From the NCBI GenBank assembly GCA_945883545.1, contig CAMCXT010000006.1, forward strand, positions 10,051 through 74,050: DNA of 64,000 bases, given 5' to 3'. The position numbers and the translations under genes were made by a program. Under the pieces are notes generated by a model. That model did no database searches. It saw nothing but the letters and a program-made list of their open reading frames with translations, and had not been told where the DNA came from. Positions 58,162-64,000 of the stretch are shown here, in pieces. Positions within the stretch are counted from its first letter, which is position 1, and every line of letters begins with the position of its first letter. The DNA is from Chitinophaga pinensis. GTDB lineage: Bacteria; Bacteroidota; Bacteroidia; M30B66.

Positions 58162-59508
58162 ATGCCTGAAATATTAATCTTGGGAGCAGGTCGATCGGCC
58201 AGCTATCTCATCGATTACCTATTAGATTGGTCAAAAAACCATTCTTACACGATTCGTATTGCGGATCAATCTGTAACACACTTAGCAAACCAAAAAGATC
58301 AGAATGATCACCTAGAGATTCAAGCTGCCAATATTGGAGATGCAGATCAACGTTTGGAGCTCATCAAAGGTGCATTTATGGTGGTTTCAATGCTTCCAGC
58401 TTTCATGCATCCGTTGGTTGCTAAAGATTGCTTAACACTAGGCATCCACTTAGCCACTGCATCTTATGAGAGCAAGGAGCTGCAATCAATGTCGGATGAA
58501 ATTGCTTCCAAAGGCCTCATTTTTTTGAATGAATGTGGATTAGATCCTGGCATCGACCACATGTCGGCGATGAAGATTTTTGAAAATCTCAAAAACCAAG
58601 GATATAAAGTCACCGAATTTCATTCCTATTGTGGAGGTTTAGTAGCTCCATCCTCGATTGGTGAAAATCCTTGGGGATATAAATTCAGCTGGAACCCACG
58701 AAACGTAATTCTCGCTGGACAAGGAACTGCTAGATTTCTTGAACAGGGTAAGTTGAGATTCATGCCCTACAACAGACTTTTCGCAAACTGCACTCAGTTT
58801 TACATCAATGGATTGCATTACGATGGTTATCCAAACCGCGATTCTATTGGTTACCGTGAAGTTTATGGATTGCACGATTTGCACACCATGATCCGAGGAA
58901 CGCTCAGATTTGCTGGATTTGCAAAAGCTTGGGATATATTGGTTCAATTGGGCTTAACTGACGACAGTTATAATTTTCCGATTTCCAGAGGAATGACCTA
59001 CCGTGATTTCACAACAGCCTTCTTCTGTGCAGATAATCGATCTATTGAACAACAGTTGTTGGAGTTAACCAAAGGTGATCAAGCAGCTGTAGATCGTTTT
59101 GTGTGGACTGGTTTATTGGGAGAAGATACAATTACCATTCAAGAAGGATCGCCTGCTATGATTGTTCAGGAATTGCTTGAGAAAAAGTGGAAATTGATGC
59201 CTACAGATCGCGACATGATTGTAATGCAACACATCGTGAAGGGTGAAAAAGAAGGCGAACAGATAGAAGTTAAAAGTTCCTTGTATCTAGAAGGCGATAA
59301 CAGTCATCAAACAGCTATGGCTAAAACAGTTGGATTACCATTGGCAATTGCTGTAAAATTGATCTGCTCAGGCCAATTCAATCAGCCAGGCCTGTTTACT
59401 CCAGTAGTTCCAGAATTGTTCAACCCGATTTTACAGGAGCTTGAGGAAGAATTTGGAATAGTCTTCAACGAGACTGAAGAAAGGATTAGAACCGGTATCC
59501 CAGTGTAA
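58162..59508 (+). CDS. Saccharopine dehydrogenase family NAD(P)-binding protein.
   Basis: N-terminal Rossmann motif ILILGAGRSASY. The C-terminal saccharopine-dehydrogenase-like region includes GLDPGIDHM. 448 aa. Confidence 0.7.
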   Translation: MPEILILGAGRSASYLIDYLLDWSKNHSYTIRIADQSVTHLANQKDQNDHLEIQAANIGDADQRLELIKGAFMVVSMLPAFMHPLVAKDCLTLGIHLATASYESKELQSMSDEIASKGLIFLNECGLDPGIDHMSAMKIFENLKNQGYKVTEFHSYCGGLVAPSSIGENPWGYKFSWNPRNVILAGQGTARFLEQGKLRFMPYNRLFANCTQFYINGLHYDGYPNRDSIGYREVYGLHDLHTMIRGTLRFAGFAKAWDILVQLGLTDDSYNFPISRGMTYRDFTTAFFCADNRSIEQQLLELTKGDQAAVDRFVWTGLLGEDTITIQEGSPAMIVQELLEKKWKLMPTDRDMIVMQHIVKGEKEGEQIEVKSSLYLEGDNSHQTAMAKTVGLPLAIAVKLICSGQFNQPGLFTPVVPELFNPILQELEEEFGIVFNETEERIRTGIPV

Positions 59509-60283
59509 ACTGGAAATATCCAGTGCTGCCTGCACTATTTCCTGTAGGGATATTCAAGAAATATCTTCTTGTACCAAGGCCTAAAGATGTTCCAATTGAA
59601 AGTTCGGGCACAGGATTAAAAATCAAACCCATTTTTACCAAAAAGCTGAAATAGCTAGAATTTGTTTCTTCACTGATATAGGTAAAATAATAAGGATCGT
59701 AGAATTCATTGAATGTTCTCGCTGATCCAACACGCAAAGATGGTCCTGTGTAGAATTTAAATTCGCCCTGCCCTAAAGGGTAATAATGAAAATCCACCCC
59801 TGTATTGAAGATGTTTCTTGCATTGGTGATTCCATTGTTATCGTCTTTTCCTCCCATATTGATTGAAACAGGTATGAGAATTCCAAGTTTCCCATTATCA
59901 CCAACAATTCGTTCGTAGCTTAACGAAACGTTCTGAAAAAGGAGCGACAAACCATCAATAGCAACGATGTTTCTACCTAAATACTCTGGATAAGGGGTAT
60001 TAATACTTCTGCCGGCTTCGCTTCTGATATTTTTGTTGGTATTGTTAAACACATCAGAGGTTCCACTTTCATAATCAATCTTTTCGATATCGCGAATTTC
60101 GGCACGATAGATTGGCCCTTTGGGATTATCATATTTTCTATAGGAAACATCCTTTTTCCCGACCTCGATAACAGTTATTTTAAACGTTCTGCCGTCGTTC
60201 AAGGTAAGAATATCCTGGGCAAATGATGTTAAACTAGAAAGGGATAAAAGCAAAAATGAAGCGATGAAATTTTTCATGAACAT
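59486..60283 (-). CDS. Hypothetical outer-membrane beta-barrel protein.
   Basis: Signal peptide MFMKNFIASFLLLSLSSLTSFAQ. The C-terminus ends ...FQFTLGYRF (an OMP-like terminal Phe). 265 aa. Confidence 0.45.
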   Translation of the reverse strand: MFMKNFIASFLLLSLSSLTSFAQDILTLNDGRTFKITVIEVGKKDVSYRKYDNPKGPIYRAEIRDIEKIDYESGTSDVFNNTNKNIRSEAGRSINTPYPEYLGRNIVAIDGLSLLFQNVSLSYERIVGDNGKLGILIPVSINMGGKDDNNGITNARNIFNTGVDFHYYPLGQGEFKFYTGPSLRVGSARTFNEFYDPYYFTYISEETNSSYFSFLVKMGLIFNPVPELSIGTSLGLGTRRYFLNIPTGNSAGSTGYFQFTLGYRF

Positions 60284-60330
60284 GAATTTTGTTTAAGCCA
60301 AAACGAAACTAAAGCAAATTTGGTATAAAA

Positions 60331-60364
60331 CAAAAACCCCGGTTTAGCCGGGGTTTTTGTTTTA
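60331..60364 (-). terminator. Rho-independent (bidirectional-capable) terminator downstream of the M43 peptidase gene.
   Basis: AAAAACCCCGG-TTTAG-CCGGGGTTTTT is a perfect GC-rich hairpin flanked by an A-run and a T-run. Confidence 0.75.
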
Positions 60365-60379
60365 ACTCTGATCAGAGAA

Positions 60380-62524
60380 TTATTTCTTAATTACTTTTCT
60401 GTAGACACTCGTACCGTCGATATCCAAACGGATTGTATATAGCCCTGTGCTCAACTGACTCATATTCACAGAGAAATTCTGAGTACCTGTACCAACATTT
60501 CCGTTGAAAACTGAAGTTACTTCCTTGCCAAGAATATCGAATACGTGAATTGCGATGCTTGTTGGTTTAGCAGTTTCAAAAACCAAGTTGGTTTGATCAT
60601 TCGTAGGGTTAGGGAAAACAGATAATCCAAGATCGTAACCAAGGTCATTCACGCCCAATGCGTTACCGATATTGATATCATCTAGATAAAGGTTGTTTGC
60701 TCCGTCGCCAGTTCCTGCAACATATTCGAAACGAATTCTCACGTTTTCTTGGTTTGCAAGAGACGTCATAGAGAATGCGAAAGTTTTCCATTGTGATGCA
60801 TTGGTAGGAACGAACTCGCTAGTGTACAAACCTGCAGTATTGAAATCTGAAAAGTTTAGTATTCTTGGAGATCCCCAAGTTTGACCGCAGTTTGAAGAAA
60901 AATAGATTTTCAATTGATCGGTTGGCTCACCGCCTCTTTCTGCACAAGCCAATCTGAATAGAAGACTTGGAGAAGTAACAGTTGTTAAGTTGTAAGATGG
61001 TGTAATCAAATCATCAGATTCAGTAGCAGTATTGAGGAAGTTTCTCATACGAACCGAACGAGAAGAACCAAATCCAGCCTGAGTTGTGTATTCCCATTTA
61101 GCGTTAGATCCATCGGTATTGAAGATCACGAAGTCATTCATGGTTCCAGCATTTTCGAAATTCTCTTCGAAAGGACCTTGACCATATTGAGCAGCATCAG
61201 GGCTCACTAGAATATAATCTGATTTAGTCTTGGTATTTTCACCAGCAGTTGATGCTGAAGTAAGACTTACATCGTACAAACCTGCAGCGTCGTATGTAAC
61301 TGAAGGAGAAACTGCTGTAGATGTTGCAGGGGTTCCACCTTCAAAATTCCAGCTTCTTGTGTAAGTTGCAGCATTGAAGCTAGCATCTTCGAAAGTTACC
61401 GAGCTACCAGCACAAACCAAACGGCGGTTATCGCAGAAATCAGCAAATGGTACGCAAACAACTGGATTTGCGATATCCTCATCACGTGTTCCTGTAGCTG
61501 CCAAATTGATTTCACTAGAAATATTGAAACGGAATGAACCAAGAGTAGCATCCATTACCGATTTTTGACCAAGAGTAAACATGCTCATACACTGATCGTC
61601 AGAATAATCCATGTAATTCATGAACATTTCTCCGCACTCATCAAGAGAATCGCTTGTGCAAGTCAACAAATGGTAAGGGAAATCTGACCAGCAAACTCCA
61701 TAATTAGGTTCTTGTGCAATTGGGGTATCGTCTACACCATCGCTTCCGCAATCAGCATCTCCCCAAATGTGGCGAAGACCTAACCAGTGCCCAACCTCAT
61801 GAGTCATTGTTCTTCCGAAGCGTGGAGCGAAAGGACCAGTTTGAGCAGCTCCAATAGAACCTACACAGTCGTAACGTAGAACAACACCATCGGTTGAAAG
61901 CAATCCACCAGCAGGAAATTGAGCATATCCAAGAACTTCTCCACCTGTATCTTGAATGCTACCGATAGAGTTAACTACCCAAACGTTAAGGTATTTATCA
62001 GAATTCCAACGGCTAATTGCTTTTACACCATTCTCGTTGTTGGCTTCATAGGTTTTAGGAGATGCTACACGAACGATACCGTCGGTGCAATTGCCTTGGT
62101 CGTCTTTGGTGGCTAAACGAAACTCGATATTACAATCAGCAGCAACAGCAGCATGACACTCTGGAGTTTGATTGATTGTAGCGTTTAGCTTTGCGAAGTC
62201 ATCATTTAGGATGCGAATCTGATCCAAGATCTGCTCCTTAGAAATATTCTCCGGACCACATTGGTGGATCACGTGGAAAACTACAGGAATGATCCGTTTT
62301 TCTGCACGTGCCGCTGAAGGTGCAGATGCAGCAGTAATTTGAGACAACTGCTTCATGAAATCATTGTATTGCATCCTTAATTCAGGATGCTTCTGCATAT
62401 CCAATTCCATGATTTCCTGCGTTCCACATGGTTGAAATGCAGGTTTAGCTTTTTGCGCTGATACAGGACATGCGGCTAAAATTAGCGCTCCTGATAATAA
62501 CTTGAACGTAAAATGTTTCATCAT
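60380..62524 (-). CDS. Secreted zinc metallopeptidase, M43 (cytophagalysin/pappalysin-like) family, with T9SS type-A C-terminal sorting domain.
   Basis: The signal peptide is followed by the Zn-binding HEVGHWLGLRHIWGD (HExxHxxGxxH with the M43-type context). The C-terminus LSVFPNPTNDQTNLVF...LYTIRLDIDGTSVYRKVIKK matches the T9SS sorting-domain pattern. Confidence 0.8.
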   Translation of the reverse strand: MMKHFTFKLLSGALILAACPVSAQKAKPAFQPCGTQEIMELDMQKHPELRMQYNDFMKQLSQITAASAPSAARAEKRIIPVVFHVIHQCGPENISKEQILDQIRILNDDFAKLNATINQTPECHAAVAADCNIEFRLATKDDQGNCTDGIVRVASPKTYEANNENGVKAISRWNSDKYLNVWVVNSIGSIQDTGGEVLGYAQFPAGGLLSTDGVVLRYDCVGSIGAAQTGPFAPRFGRTMTHEVGHWLGLRHIWGDADCGSDGVDDTPIAQEPNYGVCWSDFPYHLLTCTSDSLDECGEMFMNYMDYSDDQCMSMFTLGQKSVMDATLGSFRFNISSEINLAATGTRDEDIANPVVCVPFADFCDNRRLVCAGSSVTFEDASFNAATYTRSWNFEGGTPATSTAVSPSVTYDAAGLYDVSLTSASTAGENTKTKSDYILVSPDAAQYGQGPFEENFENAGTMNDFVIFNTDGSNAKWEYTTQAGFGSSRSVRMRNFLNTATESDDLITPSYNLTTVTSPSLLFRLACAERGGEPTDQLKIYFSSNCGQTWGSPRILNFSDFNTAGLYTSEFVPTNASQWKTFAFSMTSLANQENVRIRFEYVAGTGDGANNLYLDDINIGNALGVNDLGYDLGLSVFPNPTNDQTNLVFETAKPTSIAIHVFDILGKEVTSVFNGNVGTGTQNFSVNMSQLSTGLYTIRLDIDGTSVYRKVIKK

Positions 62525-62698
62525 TTATGTTTCTGAAGTTTATGTTCGACTTTAGAACCGCACAAGATTAAGAAATAAATTGCCAAATTCTTCAGCAATG
62601 TTTGCCATTTTTTAATCTTCAGGTTACAAATCAAAAGTACTCACTCAAAAATCAGGATGCAATTACAAAAAAATCAGGTTGTCGGTTGATTAATAAAA

Positions 62699-64000
62699 CT
62701 ACATTATTCTTGTAATTGAAATCTTATTTGTCTGTGCGTCAATCCATTGAATCCTATCTCGTAATAAAGCCAATCGCCAAAGTTGGCGTTTCTTAGGAGT
62801 TCCACCAGGCAGTAGAACCACTTTATCGGTAGCTCGAAAATTCCATTTTTTATCAAAAGGGTTAACCCTCAAATTTTCAGGATGTATAAAAAAAACCTTT
62901 GTTGATGGCCAGATACGAGTCGATAGTTGAAAACTAAATGTAGTATTATTCTCATAGAGTTCAATTTCACGCTTGAATGCCAATTGATTTTGAATAGCAT
63001 ATTTTTTCGTAGTGTGAATTGATCTATTGGAATAGCTATTGGATCCTGATTCAGCCTTCAAAACATGAACATTGATAGCTCTTTCCGTATGCTCGATTAT
63101 CCCGATCGCTTGCGATGAAGCATACAAATACAACGATTCAGGATCTGGAGATAACAATTGAAACCACAGAAAAACTGAAGTTAAACATGAATAGATCAGC
63201 GTCCACTTGAACTTTTCCCTCCAAGAGACAAATTTAGTCGAACACATATATAGGATAATCGCCAACCAACTTGCTTGTGTTATGCTCAAATACAAATCAT
63301 CGAAAGTCGAAAAGGGCAATTTAGATATCTCAAGTGCGACAATATTCATCGCTTGAATTCCATAGGCTAGAATTTTACAAAATAGTTGAGCTATCGCAGG
63401 GATTGGCAACAAGATGATGGTAATTATTCCCCAATAAGTAAGAATAGTTGACAGTGGGACTGTAATGAGATTAGCGAGCAGGAAGTAAACCGGAAACTTT
63501 CCAAAAATGAGGAGACTTACAGGCAATGTGAAAAGTTGCGCTACACAACTCACCCAAGCGGCTTCGGTTGGTAGTCTTAACCATTTGGGAAGCCTGTGGA
63601 ATTTTTCTGGCAACTTTCCAAGAGATACAATTCCCCATACAGCAGCAAAAGAGAGTTGAAAGCCTGCATCTAACCAAATAAACGGATCCCAAACCAGCAT
63701 GAGCAAAGCTGATGCAGCTATTGAATTCCACTTTTGATGACCAGATCGAAACAGATTGCCGCATGCAATGAATGAAAACATCCAAGCCGCCCTAGTTACT
63801 GAAGCCGATAATCCAGTTAAACATGCATAACCCCAAAGAAAGACTATTGATAAAAAACAAACGAGGTACTTATTTCGAATCCGATTAAAGAAGAAGCCGA
63901 TAGCTGTAAAAACAAGTCCCACGTGCATTCCAGAAACTGCTAAAATGTGGGTAATCCCACTTTGACTATATGCTTCGTTCAGGTCTTCACTAATATCGGT
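62699..64000 (-). CDS. comEC: ComEC/Rec2 family DNA internalisation membrane protein (C-terminal ~430 aa; the N-terminus is beyond the window end).
   Basis: The reading frame stays open upstream of the track ORF start (…TDISEDLNEAYSQSGITHILAVSGMHVGLV…), giving the ComEC competence-domain motif. The rest is poly-TM plus a C-terminal region. Confidence 0.7.
   Translation of the reverse strand, partial: TDISEDLNEAYSQSGITHILAVSGMHVGLVFTAIGFFFNRIRNKYLVCFLSIVFLWGYACLTGLSASVTRAAWMFSFIACGNLFRSGHQKWNSIAASALLMLVWDPFIWLDAGFQLSFAAVWGIVSLGKLPEKFHRLPKWLRLPTEAAWVSCVAQLFTLPVSLLIFGKFPVYFLLANLITVPLSTILTYWGIITIILLPIPAIAQLFCKILAYGIQAMNIVALEISKLPFSTFDDLYLSITQASWLAIILYMCSTKFVSWREKFKWTLIYSCLTSVFLWFQLLSPDPESLYLYASSQAIGIIEHTERAINVHVLKAESGSNSYSNRSIHTTKKYAIQNQLAFKREIELYENNTTFSFQLSTRIWPSTKVFFIHPENLRVNPFDKKWNFRATDKVVLLPGGTPKKRQLWRLALLRDRIQWIDAQTNKISITRIM

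Noticed and set aside
1-64000. Searched for CRISPR arrays, transposase/integrase genes, tRNA/rRNA genes and riboswitch-sized leaders.
   Set aside because: I found no direct-repeat/spacer periodicity. No ORF has DDE/tyrosine-recombinase motifs. No intergenic region can form a cloverleaf. Every leader is shorter than 120 nt, apart from the 318-bp cphA-downstream gap and the 295-bp SLT–uvrA spacer, which are discussed as findings.

Overview
This is a 64 kb chromosomal segment from a Bacteroidota genome, most likely a gliding Flavobacteriia or Cytophagia-type organism. The evidence for that assignment is the TAnnTTTG -7 promoter motifs, lipoprotein LSAC lipoboxes, two T9SS C-terminal-sorting-domain substrates, a tandem FKBP/GldI-like array and Wza/Wzc polysaccharide export genes. 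The window is densely coding with about 56 genes. It contains dnaA at 21217..22644, but I see no obvious DnaA-box cluster next to it. Housekeeping and repair genes are ribBA (partial), smpB, pcm, recQ, a 3-methyladenine glycosylase gene, uvrA, lpd, nrnA and comEC (partial). Cell-envelope and polysaccharide genes are two GT4 glycosyltransferases with LptF/G, a Gfo/Idh/MocA–lipoprotein–WbaP-like cluster, and an asnB-like–GT4–wza–wzc–rfbC–wecA-like–SLT cluster. There is a divergent cyanophycin synthetase/cyanophycinase pair (cphA/cphB), a TonB-dependent receptor, a ClC channel next to an orphan Hpt protein, and an M43 metallopeptidase with a T9SS sorting domain. I found no tRNA or rRNA genes, CRISPR arrays, transposases or integrases. 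Two clean Rho-independent terminators are visible. The most notable uncharacterised element is a translationally coupled five-gene operon (about 23834..29971): lipoprotein, lipoprotein, outer-membrane beta-barrel, T9SS-secreted beta-propeller protein and FkbM methyltransferase. It lies immediately next to the cyanophycin locus. A cphA-linked 318-bp gap also carries two small ORFs that the six-frame track does not list. All functional calls are from motif-level reading of the translations, because no database search was possible.
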